This document shows positions 21,910 through 35,200 of a stretch of DNA of 64,000 nt, piece by piece. The position numbers were made by a program, and so were the translations under genes. The notes under the pieces are model-generated. The model had not been told where the DNA came from and did not search any database. It saw only the letters and a program-made list of their open reading frames with translations. Source of the stretch: Macrostomum lignano (taxonomy: Eukaryota); contig NIVC01000738.1 of the NCBI GenBank assembly GCA_002269645.1, forward strand, positions 62,001 to 126,000. The letters are read 5' to 3'. The first letter of the stretch is position 1; each line of letters begins with the position of its first letter.

Positions 21910-24900
21910 CTACAACTCGTCGCGAACGCCGGCCTTGTGCGCGCACACAGCCTCAAAGTCGAAGCTCTGGGGGCACTGGCTGTCCAGCATCCTGAGCACG
22001 TCATCCAGCGGGCATCTGTAATGATTGCACAGAGTCCAGAACAGCGGCGACTCGTTCAGCGCCGGCTGCACGTACAGGCTGCCGTCCTGGCAGCTGAGCA
22101 GCGACAGCGCGAAATTGGCGCCAAACGGGACCAGACGGGAGGCGCGGAATTGGCGCGATTGACGATGCGCCGCATAGGACTCGTGCGTGAGATGATGCGG
22201 GTCTTTGAAGAGGCCGAGCCTGACACAAAGTGCGTTTGTTAAACACTAGTTGCGAGTGATACTACTTGCAGCAGTTCGGGAGATTTTCTTGTCCCTGAAC
22301 TTAACATTTAAATGCACTTGTGGCGCCCAAGTTCTGCAGTTCCCTGACACAATTGTGGCGCCCAAGTTCTGCAGCTCCCTGACACAATTGTGGCGCCCAA
22401 GTTCTGCAGCTCCCTGACACAATTGTGGCGCCCAAGTTCTGTAGTTTCCTGACACAATTGTGGCGCCCCTGTTTCGCAGTTTCCCGACAGAAATAGTAAA
22501 AACAAGAGGAGCTCACCTGGCCATGACGGGAAACAGAGTCTCAGCGTGCCCAAAGTACAGCACAGTGGAATTCGCCACTGGCGCCTGCGCCGAAGCGGCG
22601 CCTCCCGCCCGCTCACGCTGGGCTGCTCGGACCAAATTGGCGGCCAGGTCGGAGACCAGCGGGCAGGCGATGAGGCTGCTGAGGTCGTAGCCGTGAGACT
22701 TGCGCCAGTAGTGCTTCAGGTCTGGTGGGAGGACGGGTAAAGCAAGCCTTTGTCAGTACAACTGGGGATCTGGGAGGCTGGCCCAGCAACTGGGGATCTG
22801 GGAGGCTGGCCCAGCAACTGGGGATCTGGGAGGCTGGCCCAGCAACTGAGGATCTGGGAGGCTGGCCCAGCAACTGAGGATCTGCGAGGCTGGCCCAGCA
22901 ACTGAGGATCTGGGAGGCTGGCCCAACCCAAGAATCAAGTTGTGGGAAAGCAATCCGAAAAACTCACCCAGCAGGAATTCCACAGCCTCATGCGCATCCG
23001 GGTCCTGCACCAGCCGGCACCAGGGACTGTCGCTAGGCACGGTGAGGTTGTTGGCCATCTCCATGCCGCACAGGCTGAAGGCCATGGCCAGGTCGGCTGG
23101 GCTCAGGTCGATGTCCGTTAGGCCCAGCCGCTCCTGGGCCGCCTTGGCTGCGGCGCGGAGTTCCTGCCCGGCCATGAACTTCCGGTACTCCCGCTTGCCG
23201 TCCGGCCCGTCGTCAATTGTGGCCTGTTGGTGAGGCATTAAAGCAACTCAATAAGTAGCTAGTAGCGAAATAACAGCCGATATGTATCGACAATATAAGA
23301 GATGGCCTACTGAAGAGTAGCAAGAGAAGAATTTTAAGTGCGTCTTTTAAAATGCATGCGAAAAAGTAGCGCACTGATCGTTACATAGAATTGTGAAGTT
23401 GTGAACGCGTGTGTCCACAGGTGAGGCCCTGGCTCAGCAGTGAAGACCAGCAGACAAAGAGTTAAGACTCAGAACCTGATCTCACTTTTGGAGGCACATG
23501 CAGAAGTTCATAGATAGCGTTAGAGTTAGTACATCTAGCTGCCGATATGTATCGATAAATTACTTGAACAACAGTCAACAAATAGGCATAGAACACTGCG
23601 CACCTTAAACTTGTGGCAGTCGTCGTAGAACCGGATGTGCGCATCGGCCACCCGCACGGCGATTTCAGCGTCAGTCAGGCCGGCCCCGTGCAGGAAACTC
23701 TTGGCACTTTCGAAGGCCCGATCCGAGCTGGAGCTGAGCACGGCCACGGACTCGTGGCTGGCTAGCAAGTTCGGATAGCGCAGGGCGATTCGGCTGCCAA
23801 GCAGCTCGTGCTCCTGGTGGCCCACATTGCTGAGACTCTTGCCGCCGCCAGTCAGGGCGAACGGGCTCGACCAGCCCGTGGCCGTCTTGGCGAACGCCGG
23901 CTCCGAGCGGAAGGCGCTGGCCAGGCGGTGCAGAACCACCTCGGCGCGTCTCACCTGCGCGATATGGCAGGGGTTTTGCAACAGACTCTGTGCTAGCATT
24001 GCACTGCAGCCGCTCCGAAATTGCGCGAATATAGAGATACTACAAAGCTACTGACTTAACTAACTTGAGATAATCACATTCTGAAGCTGCATCTAGACTG
24101 TCCCAAAATTGACTCACCCATCTTGAAGCTGTCACAAAATAAGTATGATTATCCGGAAGCTACTAACAACCTAACACGACCATCCCTGAAGCTACCAAAT
24201 ACTGCGTATAATCATCTTGAAGCTACTACAACAAATAGTAACTTATATTATACAAACAAATAGTAGTTTAGGACAATAATCATTCTAAAGCCACAACAAA
24301 CTGGATAATCATCATACTGAAGCCATCATAAACTGGATAATCATCATACTGAAGCCATCATAAACTGGATAATCATCATACTGAATCCATCACAAACTGG
24401 ATAATCATCATACTGAAGCCATCATAAACTGGATAATCATCATACTGATGCCATCACAAACTGGATAATCATCATACTAAAGCCATTACAAACTGGATAA
24501 TCATCATACTGATGCCATCACAAACTGGATAATCATCATACTGATGCCATCACAAACTGGATAATCATCATACTAAAGCCATTACAAACTGGATAATCAT
24601 CATACTGAAGCCATTACAAACTGGATAATCATCATACTGAAGCCATCACAAACTGGATAATCATCATACTGAATCTATCACAAACAGCAACTGGATAATC
24701 ATCATACTGAATCCATCACAAACAGCAACTGGATAATTATCAAACAAAATCCATCACAAACAGCAACTGGATAATCATCAAACAAAATCCATCACAAACA
24801 GCAACTGGATAATCATAAAACAAAATCCATCACAAACAGCAACTGGATAATCATAAAACAAAATCCATCACAAACAGCAACTGGATAATCATCAAACAAA

Positions 24901-25911
24901 ATCCATCACAAACAGCAACTGGATAATCATCAAACAAAATCCATCACAAACAGCAACTGGATAATCATCAAACAAAATCCATCACAAACAGCAACTGGAT
25001 AATCATCAAACAAAATCCATCACAAACAGCAACTGGATAATCATAAAACAAAATCCATCACAAACAGCAACTGGATAATCATAAAACAAAATCCATCACA
25101 AACAGCAACTGGATAATCATCATACTGAATCCATCACAAACAGCAACTGGATAATCATCATACTGAATCTATCACAAACAGCAACTGGATAATCATCATA
25201 CTGAATCTATCACAAACAGCAACTGGATAATCATCATACTGAATCCATCACAAACAGCAACTGGATAATCATCAAACAAAATCCATCACAAACAGCAACT
25301 GGATAATCATCAAACAAAATCCATCACAAACAGCAACTGGATAATCATCAAACAAAATCCATCACAAACAGCAACTGGATAATCATCAAACAAAATCCAT
25401 CACAAACAGCAACTGGATAATCATGATACTGAAGCCATCAAAAACCAGATAATCATCATACTGAAGTGATCGCAACCTAGTTGGGATATACATCTGGTAG
25501 GGCAGAGTCCAGAAACCTATGTTTCCTATGGAGTCAGGCATTTGTTAAGCCCACAGCAATAATCACATCACATGGGCATCAACATCGAAACTAACATTAC
25601 AAACCAAAAGAATTCCACGCAAGCCTCACCTGCTTGACAGAGGGCCCCCGAGACCCATGCCGCAGCATCATGATGAGCTGTCTGGCTGCGCAGCCATCGG
25701 CAACGCCAGACGGGGCAGGCAGGTCAGGGAAAATTCTCTCCACATTGCGGTAGGCAGTTTTGGTGCCGAATCTGTTCAGCGGAGGCTGCACAATGTCCGG
25801 CGGGGCAGCCGAGATCTTGGCGCCAGCGGGCGGCAGCCACACGGCCAGGCAGATTGCAGACACCACTAATAGTGCCTGGCGAAGACAATGGCACACTGCT
25901 TTGCCTGGCAT
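21910..25911 (-). CDS. MINPP1: Multiple inositol polyphosphate phosphatase (histidine acid phosphatase); complement(join(21910..22219,22517..22721,22968..23223,23604..23954,25630..25911)), 467 aa
   Basis: Signal-peptide-like N-terminus, RFGTKTAY, catalytic RHGSRGP, DLKHYWRKSHGY, YFGHAETLFP, SRLVPFGANF and a C-terminal ER-retention RDEL*. The five exons join in frame (1404 nt). The start Met is chosen by inference. Confidence 0.93.
22310..22470 (+). repeat. 35-bp minisatellite in MINPP1 intron 4
   Basis: gacacaattgtggcgcccaagttctgcagctccct, about 4-5 copies. Confidence 0.9.
22759..22925 (+). repeat. 28-bp minisatellite in MINPP1 intron 3
   Basis: caactggggatctgggaggctggcccag, about 6 copies. 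Confidence 0.9.
24295..25470 (+). repeat. 32-bp then 38-bp minisatellite in MINPP1 intron 1
   Basis: aaactggataatcatcatactgaagccatcac changes to aaacagcaactggataatcatcaaacaaaatccatcac at about 24690. Confidence 0.95.
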
Positions 25912-28364
25912 CTTTATTTGCATAGCACGGGGAGCTTGAGGCAGGGATACAGAAGCAAAGGAATTATTTGAATTAGCCATTCAAATTATTACTACTCGTA
26001 GTGTAGTGAGCAGCTAGGACTAATTTTAGGTATCTCACTGTAGTCAACAATCCCTGTCCTTGCTCTTAAATTGTTAACAGCTCCTCTTTTGCTCTGTTGG
26101 TCTGCCTGTTCCCTGTTTCCCCATTTTTGCTCTGTGCTCTTGTTTGCAGCCTCTGGCATCTCTGCTGTGGTCTGCTCTTCATTTGCACAAGTCCAGAGGT
26201 CACTATTAGCTAATATATATCTCCATAGTCAGGAAAATTTCTTGTATGCTAGCTCTTCATAGTTCATTGGCGTGCATATTTGGCATGCTTGAATCTTTAA
26301 AAAGTTGTGGTAAAGTTGCGCGTCTGAGAAAAAGTAGAATTAAGAAGGTGAGCGCTATCATTTTTTGTTATGTGACATGTTTTGCCTTGCGTCAGGCATC
26401 GTCAGGCTCTTAAAATTAGTAACAATTTATTTGTTCATTTATATTTAACAATTAAGACTAAGAACGGGTTGATAAAAGTCAGAAATGTAAATAAATTAAC
26501 AGTAGATTGCACAGTCCGATAGAGCACTCACAGAGTTGCAATGAGGGGAGAGAGAGAGAGAGAGAAAGAGAGTGAGATGAGCACAAGTGTACACCTAGAA
26601 TACTTTAAAGAGGGCACTAGCACTGTGATTGGCAAGTTGCTTATTTAGGATTGGTTTATGCAATTTTATATACAGGGCCTCAAGCACTTTTATTCTATTC
26701 ATTTGAGCACATATGGATAGTGGAAAAGTTTTTATCTATTTGGCTGTCACAGCAAATTTTGCCAAAAAGCTGGTATACACTAGACACCTTCCTGACAATT
26801 GGTGATATGATGACATGATAAATATAAGGCCTAGGCTACATTGAATATTTGATAATTGAAAACCCATTTAATATTAACACATCTATAAGACTATTTAAAG
26901 GTATCACATCATATTAAGACTAACATATTTAGAAACCTTTTTGCTACTAAATCTGGCATACTTCTGCTAACTAACTTTAATTTAAAATGGAAGGCTAAAA
27001 TAAGCTAGTTTTATTAAATTTTAAACAACTATGTAAAAAAATTATTTTCAAAAAAATATTAGTTGAAAAATGCATTTTTATAATTTATAAGGTGGGTGTG
27101 AAAGGATTGTAGTTTCTTAGTTGTTTCTATTACTAATATAGTACTAAAGTATTAAAAATGTATCTATCTCTATCTATCTCAGAATCTTATGGCTTAAGCC
27201 TCTATCCTTATAGCAAAGCCTAGTGTAAGACCAAGAAGCCACATACCAAGATAGCCACACCATTGAATTTCTATTATATCTATTTTGTCTATAATTAGGC
27301 CCTAATTTGGAACTTAATAATATAAAAATAGCTATTATAGTGAATAAATATATTTAATTAATTATAAATATTAGGCCTAGGGTCCAAACAATAATATATT
27401 TATCTATAATACAAATAACTTTATCTTTTTTAGGCCAATTAGAATTTAGATTAAATAATGATACTAGGCAAACTTATATAGTTTAATTTAGAGCCATTAT
27501 ATTATATTAGATCTATCAGTTTATTAAAAATCCACTATTAATGCCATAAGCCTATATAAAACTTGGAATGATATGCAACAAGGTATTGATAGCAATGATA
27601 GGAGCCTATATTAGGCTAGATCTTATTTGCTTTACTTAATAGATAAACTTGCAATAAAAGCAAAAAGAATTTTGGTTTGGCTAATCATATGACATATTCT
27701 AATATAACATCTATCTCCTAAAGATCTACCTAATAATAATGATGCCATGCCAATCATGATAAATAATCATAAAAAAGTGCTAATAATATTTTACTTATTT
27801 TTAGGAACTTGAATTTGTGCTTGATACCAAATCAAAACTAAGTTTTTTGTTTTATTATACAAATAAATTGACAAATTATTTTTCGTTTGAATATATAAAG
27901 GAAAAATCTACTATGGGGCCTATATTAGAGCAAGTTTTACAGCAAATAAACCAACCTTTTGTAAGCTAAAAGTCTCTAGTGGTCCAATACAAATACTTGA
28001 TATTTATATTGCTTGATTTGAGAATAGTGCGAAAAGGTTTACTAAGAGTGAGAATTAAAAAGTTATACAAAGAAGTATTGAGAATTAGGCCTAGCTGTCT
28101 TAGGAAAGACAGCCAAAACGATTGTCGACACCTACGTTCAAACCGGGCGCATTGAGATTGAGAAGCTTCCAGCTGTTTGGACGAAGGGTCTAGACGAAAT
28201 GTTTTACAAACTGGATGAACCGTTTTGCGTGAACACAGTTGTCTATGGTATAATCTAAATTTAGCTCCCATTAAGAAAGCGTTAGTGGACGAAAGGTTTT
28301 GCAGTTTGGACGAATTCAATCGCAAAAAAAGTATATATAGTAATCTTTAAGATTCAAAGCTCAT

Positions 28365-28625
28365 GGGGAAGGGAATAACTGAGATGTCAAGGCTCACGAG
28401 GGGAATAGCTGAGATGTCAAGGCTTACGAGGGGAATAGCTGAGATGTCAAGGCTTACGAGGGGAATAGCTGAGATGTCAAGGCTCACGAGGGGAATAGCT
28501 GAGATGTCAAGGCTTACGAGGGGAATAGCTGAGATGTCAAGGCTTACGAGGGGAATAGCTGAGATGTCAAGGCTCACGAGGGGAATAGCTGAGATGTCAA
28601 GGCTTACGAGGGGAACTGTTGAGAT
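28365..28625 (+). repeat. 30-bp minisatellite gggaatagctgagatgtcaaggcttacgag, ~8 copies
   Basis: Tandem repeat. Confidence 0.93.
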
Positions 28626-30419
28626 TTCAATGCTTACTGGGATAATTTCTGAGAAGCAAGGCTCCGGGGGGAGGGTATTTCTGAGATGCCAAGGCTAAGG
28701 TCAGAAGCTACAGGTAGTTTATGCAAAGATTTGCATTCCATTCTTTGTTGACTCCCTAACGGGGGCGCTGATTGCTAGTAACCTACTCTAAGTAGTGTGA
28801 GTAGGTCTGAAACGTGTTGCAAGACCCGAAACTCAATCGGCAAAAATATGACCCACTTAGAAAGCCGCACTTCTCAATTAACAAAGACCAAATCTGTAGT
28901 AAAGAATTCCTTTAAAATACGTGTGAAATGCCAGCTTCATTATCTACTAACCAATCACAGGTCTGTTCATAAAAAATTCTGTCTGCAAACGGATAAACGT
29001 CTATGTGCACCACTAAAGCAAATATTGCTAAAGTCCAAATCGAGGTCTAATGCCTGCATGTACCTCAAGGACCACTGAATTTAACAAAACGTTTGTATTG
29101 TGTGTTGTTAATTAGTCCCAGGCCCACCTGAGGAAAAATTAAGCTGTATTAACCAAGTGTCTTCCAGTTTTAACCCCATTTCTCCAAAACACCAGACTAT
29201 AGGCTAGTCTAAAATCTAAACTATTATGGAAGTTCTCCAGCTTTCGTACTGGTACTGATTTTCGGGCTCTGCTTTTGGGCAGTTAGACGCGCCTCCGTCT
29301 TTTATTATTATGCATGAGAGACGCGTGCACAGCTCAGTTAGCTGGAGCGGAAAGGGGAGGCTTGACAGGAGGCTCCAGTTGCTGCGCTTACAATAGCCAG
29401 TGCCACTGCCAACAGAAAAGCTTGCGTAATCTTCTAGTCCCAACTTAAGCGCTGAAATTTACGCTGCAGAGATAGGAGTTCAAATGAAACCTACGAGTAT
29501 TTGAGGAAAGCTGTATAAAATGAACATTTTGCATCGATCTCATGAGGCAAACAAGAACAAGGCCGAGCTATTGAGATGAGCCGAAGGAATGCAGCAGTTG
29601 ACTGAGTTGAGGACGCCGTATAGGGAAAGATGGCCACTCCTATAAAAGTTGGTTAAAACTTTCTTTTCCGATAATATTTTCCAGGGCTCAGCTGCGTAGG
29701 AAAAAGATAGAAAAGCAAAAAAGGATATAAGAATTTTTATCCATAAACTGCAGAAACGAGAAGAGGAGATCACGCAGCCGAAACAGGCCAGAGTTCGTGA
29801 AGTTATACGCAATCAACATTAATTATCGGGAAAGAAAAGTGAGTTAAAAGAAACAATTCAAAAGGTGTTTAAAATATTCATTTAAGGCACACGTTGCACT
29901 GCAGTAAACAATAGTTTACAGACGAAATTCGCGAATGCGCGAAGCAAATGTAAATTTTAAACTGACTGCGCTTTCATTTGCATGCGTTAAAAGTTTTCCT
30001 ATCAGCATTTTGAAAAAAAAGTAATTTGAATTCTAATATACTAAAAATGGTCTGTCGGTAGGTAGGTAGGTAGAGCTATAATGTGACCGATTAGAGAAAA
30101 GATGGCTCAATAGGTTTCTTACATATTAAAACACATATATGCCCCGGCCCCATATTGTTCCACGCTGCTGAAACCGATCGATTGTGAAAACTGGGGAGGG
30201 GGCCGGTTAGAGGGGGTGGAGAGAGAGATAGGAAACGTGGCCATGACAACAGAGCAGGTTTGCAGCTAGCAGTGCACTGAATGAACCGACAGGGGAGGTT
30301 AAGAGAGCGGGGGTTGCACAGGAGGAGAACATTGCACTGGGATTGAATCGCAACCCAAGGTAGTCAGGGAGCCCGTCAGAGCTCTGATAATTTGAGCTCA
30401 ATCAATGAGTATGAGATAA

Positions 30420-30630
30420 GGTGAGATGAGATGGGATGGGATGGGATGAGATGGGGTCGATGGGGTGAGGTGGGTTGGGATGAGATGGGTTGGGATGAGA
30501 TGGGGTGGGATGAGATGGGGTGGGATGAGATGGGGTGGGATGAGATGGGGTGGGATGTGGGTTGGGATGAGATGGGGTGGGATGAGATGGGGTGGGATGA
30601 GATGGGGTGGGATGAGATGGGGTGGGATGA
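30420..30630 (+). repeat. (GGGAT/GAGAT)-based 15-bp G-rich repeat gatggggtgggatga
   Basis: Tandem repeat. Confidence 0.9.
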
Positions 30631-31304
30631 GGCGATATTAACTTTACGTAAGATGCAATGGATATATAAGGATGGGCAAATATAAAATATAAACATGCAC
30701 AGGAGAGCTGCTTTGGGGCGCTGGTCTTGGAGGACTCAGGGATGAGATGGGATGATGAAACCAGATGAGATTAGATTAGTGGGATGAGACAGAGTTCGAA
30801 TCTTCAACTGATCCAGCAATGACTTAAGTAGTGCACGAATGATGAAATCCTGGTCCTGGAGGGACGAAATGTGCATATCGGCAAAATTTAACGCTAGAAA
30901 ATGTTTAGCAAATGCGAACGCATGCTGCTACTAAAAGTAACAACAGAAGCAGAAAATCCAAACGTGGCCAGGAAAATCACAGGGCTGCACAAGGTGAAGT
31001 TCTTTGCAGCAGTTTAATAATTCTGAAGCTCAATAAATAATATGTATTGCCATTCTGATGAATTCACACCTGTAAGCACATCAGTTGAGGCAATTACAAT
31101 TTATTATTGATTCGATTAGCAATTCTCATTGTTGCTGCACAATAAAAGTGCCCGTGCATTTGCTACTCTTGCGGTCCGGACTCTCGGCTCAGCGCTGTCG
31201 AAGGACAAAACAAAAACTATCGCAGCATGCCTGCAGTATGGTCGAGTGAAGGTCGCTCCGAAATTCGGCCTTCTTAGCTCGTAAGCCTTGACCGTGGCTT
31301 GTAG

Positions 31305-31685
31305 GGCCTCAGAGCATAGAAATCAATCACTTGATGCCCTGGCCTCCTACTCAGAGCATAGAAATCAATCACTTGATGCCCTGGCCTCCTACTCAGAGCA
31401 TAGAAATCAATCACTTGATGCCCTGGCCTGCCACTCAGAGCATAGAAATCAATCACTGATGCCCTGGCCTGCCACTCAGAGCATAGAAATCAACCACTTG
31501 ATGCCCTGGCCTCCCACTCAGAGCATAGAAATCAACCACTTGATGCCCTGGCCTCCCACTCAGAGCATAGAAATCAACCACTTGATGCCCTGGCCTCCCA
31601 CTCAGAGCATAGAAATCAACCACTTGATGCCCTGGCCTCCCACTCAGAGCATAGAAATCAATCACTTGATGCCCTGGCCTCCCAC
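31305..31685 (+). repeat. 42-bp minisatellite cagagcatagaaatcaaccacttgatgccctggcctcccact, ~9 copies
   Basis: Tandem repeat. Confidence 0.93.
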
Positions 31686-32256
31686 TCCCGCCGTGATCAG
31701 CCTCAAGAACTGTCTCCAGAACAAAAGAACACTGGAGACATCGAAGTGACATCCCAAAAAATGGCAACTCAGGCCTGAAGACCAAACTAACAGCGAATTT
31801 GCTTCTTGTTTGATTTGACAAACTGTTAAACTGATTGAAACAAAATGAAAACAAAATAATTTAGTGCAAATGCTTATCACAAGCAAATTGAAGACAGACC
31901 TTGGTATACAGTTTATTTGTAAAAATGTTTAAAAATCTTAATGTTCTCATACGCATGTGCAGTGCATGCGAATATGCAGCGGGAAAACAATCTTTTAGAA
32001 AGCTTGTCTTTTAAAAATTCGATATTTTTAGTCTTTAACCCATTTTTAATTATTTTTTCATATCAGTTTTATTGTGAAATTTAAAATTGTAAATAGCTTT
32101 CCAATTCTTCAAAGCAATTTTTATCTATTTTGAGAACTACGAGCTAAAAGTATAAAGCTGGACTTCGCAGGTACAAGAAGGTACGATTAAAGTTATCGCT
32201 GCAGACTGGGGAACGCGGTAAGCCAACCCTGCGTAAGTCGGTCAGCCAATCAGCTC

Positions 32257-35200
32257 TCAGTAGGGCCTGAGGGTCGCCTGCACGCCCCGCAGCGCCCACT
32301 TCACCGACGGCACCCCGTCGCGCCGAAGCTCGACTTCGAATAGCGGCGTCTGCGGTGGCAGCGAAACGGCGGCTGCTTCGCTGACTGCGGCGGCCGGCTG
32401 CTGATGGCGGGAGAAGTACACGGGGCAGGAGTACACCTCACCCTGCTTGGCCGGGTCAGCAGCCAGAGCCCGCGCCTCCTGGGTGATGCAGGTCAGCTGA
32501 AGCACCTGACAAAGGGGGAGGGTAAAGGCTGTGTGATTGCTAATATAGAACAGCTAGGGCAGCTAATAGGACAGCTAGGGCAGCTAATAGGACAGCTAGG
32601 GCAGCTAATAGAACAGCTAGGGCAGCTAATAGGACAGCTAGGGCAGCTAATAGGACAGCTAATAGGACAGCTAGGGCAGCTAATAGGACAGCTAGGGCAG
32701 CTAATAGGACAGCTAGGGCAGCTAATAGAACAGCTAGGGCAGCTAATAGGACAGCTAGGGCAGCTAATAGGACAGCTAATAGGACAGCTAATAGGACAGC
32801 TAATAGGACAGCTAATAGGACAGCTAATAGGACAGCTAATAGGGCAGCTAATAGGGCAGCTAATACGACAGCTAGGGCAGCTAATACGACAGCTAGGGCA
32901 GCTAATAGGACAGCTAGGGCAGCTAATAGGACAGCTGGGGGAGAGCCAGACTATAATTAGAAGTAATAAAACTGGACCTCTTCGTGCGCCCCGCGCGTGG
33001 AGAGGCCTAAATTATCGATCGTGCAACTATTTTACGAACTGCTCTAAATGGCTCGTACAAACAATAGGACAAAAAAACGGCCCAAATGAGGGCGACTATA
33101 CTCAAAATTGCAAAGACGAAATAGGAAAAAGATTAATATTGTCTAAATCTGACGAATGTTAGTACTCGGTTGTTTTAGAGGGGCACAGATCTGAGCACGT
33201 CTGCACCCAGTCAGTCCCAATTGATGACTGGTCTTCCGCCCCTATTGATGACTGGTCTTCCACCCCTGTTGATGACTGGTCTTCCGCCCCTGTTCATGAT
33301 TGGTCTTCCGCCCCTGTTAATGACTGGTCTTCCGCCCCTATTGATAATTGGTCTTCCGCCCCTGTTGATGACTGGTCTTCCGCCCCTATTGATAATTGGT
33401 CTTCCGCCCCTATTGATGACTGGTCTTCCGCCCCTGTTCATGATTGGTCTTCCGCCCCTGTTGATGACTGGTCTTCCGCCCCTATTGATGACTGGTCTTC
33501 CGCCCCTATTTATGACTGGTCTTCCGCCCCTATTGATAATTGGTCTTCCGCCCCTATTGATGACTGGTCTTCCGCCCCTGTTGATGACTGGTCTTCCGCC
33601 CCTATTGATGACTGGTCTTCCGCCCCTATTGATGACTGGTCTTCCGCCCCTATTGATAATTGGTCTTCCGCCCCTGTTGATGACTGGTCTTCCGCCCCTG
33701 TTGATGACTGGTCTTCCGCCTCTATTGATGACTGGTCTTCCGCCCCTATTGATGACTGGTCTTCCGCCCCTATTGATGACTGGTCTTCCGCCCCTATTGA
33801 TAATTGGTCTTCCGCCCCTGTTGATGACTGGTCTTCCGCCCCTATTGATAATTGGTCTTCCGCCCCTGTTGATAATTGGTCTTCCGCCCCTATTGATGAC
33901 TGGTCTTCCGCCCCTATTGATGACTGGTCTTCCGCCCCTGATCATGATTGGTCTTCCGCCCCTGTTGATGACTGGTCTTCCGCCCCTATTGATAATTGGT
34001 CTTCCGCCCCTGTTGATGACTGGTCTTCCGCCCCTATTGATAATTGGTCTTCCGCCCCTGTTGATAATTGGTCTTCCGCCCCTATTGATGACTGGTCTTC
34101 CGCCCCTATTGATGACTGGTCTTCCGCCCCTATTGATGACTGGTCTTCCGCCCCTATTGATGACTGGTCTTCCGCCCCTATTGATAATTGGTCTTCCGCC
34201 CCTGTTGATGACTGGTCTTCCGCCCCTATTGATAATTGGTCTTCCGCCCCTGTTGATAATTGGTCTTCCGCCCCTATTGATGACTGGTCTTCCGCCCCTA
34301 TTGATGACTGGTCTTCCGCCCCTGTTCATGATTGGTCTTCCGCCCCTGTTGATGACTGGTCTTCCGCCCCTATTGATAATTGGTCTTCCGCCCCTGTTGA
34401 TGACTGGTCTTCCGCCCCTATTGATAATTGGTCTTCCGCCCCTATTGATGACTGGTCTTCCGCCCCTGTTCATGATTGGTCTTCCGCCCCTGTTGATGAC
34501 TGGTCTTCCGCCCCTGTTGATGACTGGTCTTCCGCCCCTATTGATAATTGGTCTTCCGCCCCTGTTGATGACTGGTCTTCCGCCCCTGTTGATGACTGGT
34601 CTTCCGCCCCTATTGATGACTGGTCTTCCGCCCCTGTTGATGACTGGTCTTCCGCCCCTATTGATGACTGGTCTTCCGCCCCTATTGATGACTGGTCTTC
34701 CGCCCCTATTGATAATTGGTCTTTCGCCCCTGTTGATGACTGGTCTTCCGCCCCTGTTGATGACTGGTCTTCCGCCTCTATTGATGACTGGTCTTCCGCC
34801 CCTATTGATGACTGGTCTTCCGCCCCTATTGATGACTGGTCTTCCGCCCCTATTGATAATTGGTCTTCCGCCCCTGTTGATGACTGGTCTTCCGCCCCTA
34901 TTGATAATTGGTCTTCCGCCCCTGTTGATAATTGGTCTTCCGCCCCTATTGATGACTGGTCTTCCGCCCCTATTGATGACTGGTCTTCCGCCCCTGTTCA
35001 TGATTGGTCTTCCGCCCCTGTTGATGACTGGTCTTCCGCCCCTATTGATAATTGGTCTTCCGCCCCTGTTGATGACTGTTCTTCCGCCCCTATTGATAAT
35101 TGGTCTTCCGCCCCTATTGATGACTGGTCTTCCGCCCCTGTTCATGATTGGTCTTCCGCCCCTGTTGATGACTGGTCTTCCGCCCCTGTTGATGACTGGT

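Noticed and set aside
31277-31291. 15-nt inverted match to the 30-bp repeat unit at 28365-28625 (gtcaaggcttacgag)
   Set aside because: A few 15-mer matches are expected by chance in tens of kb of sequence, and the match does not extend.
32404-33162. 252-aa ORF with (LGQLIGQ)n, superficially like a leucine zipper or pentapeptide repeat; likewise 20845-21435 (SLGEILSRIM)n
   Set aside because: Both are products of DNA minisatellites; the first is antisense to the dynein gene's last exon and intron.
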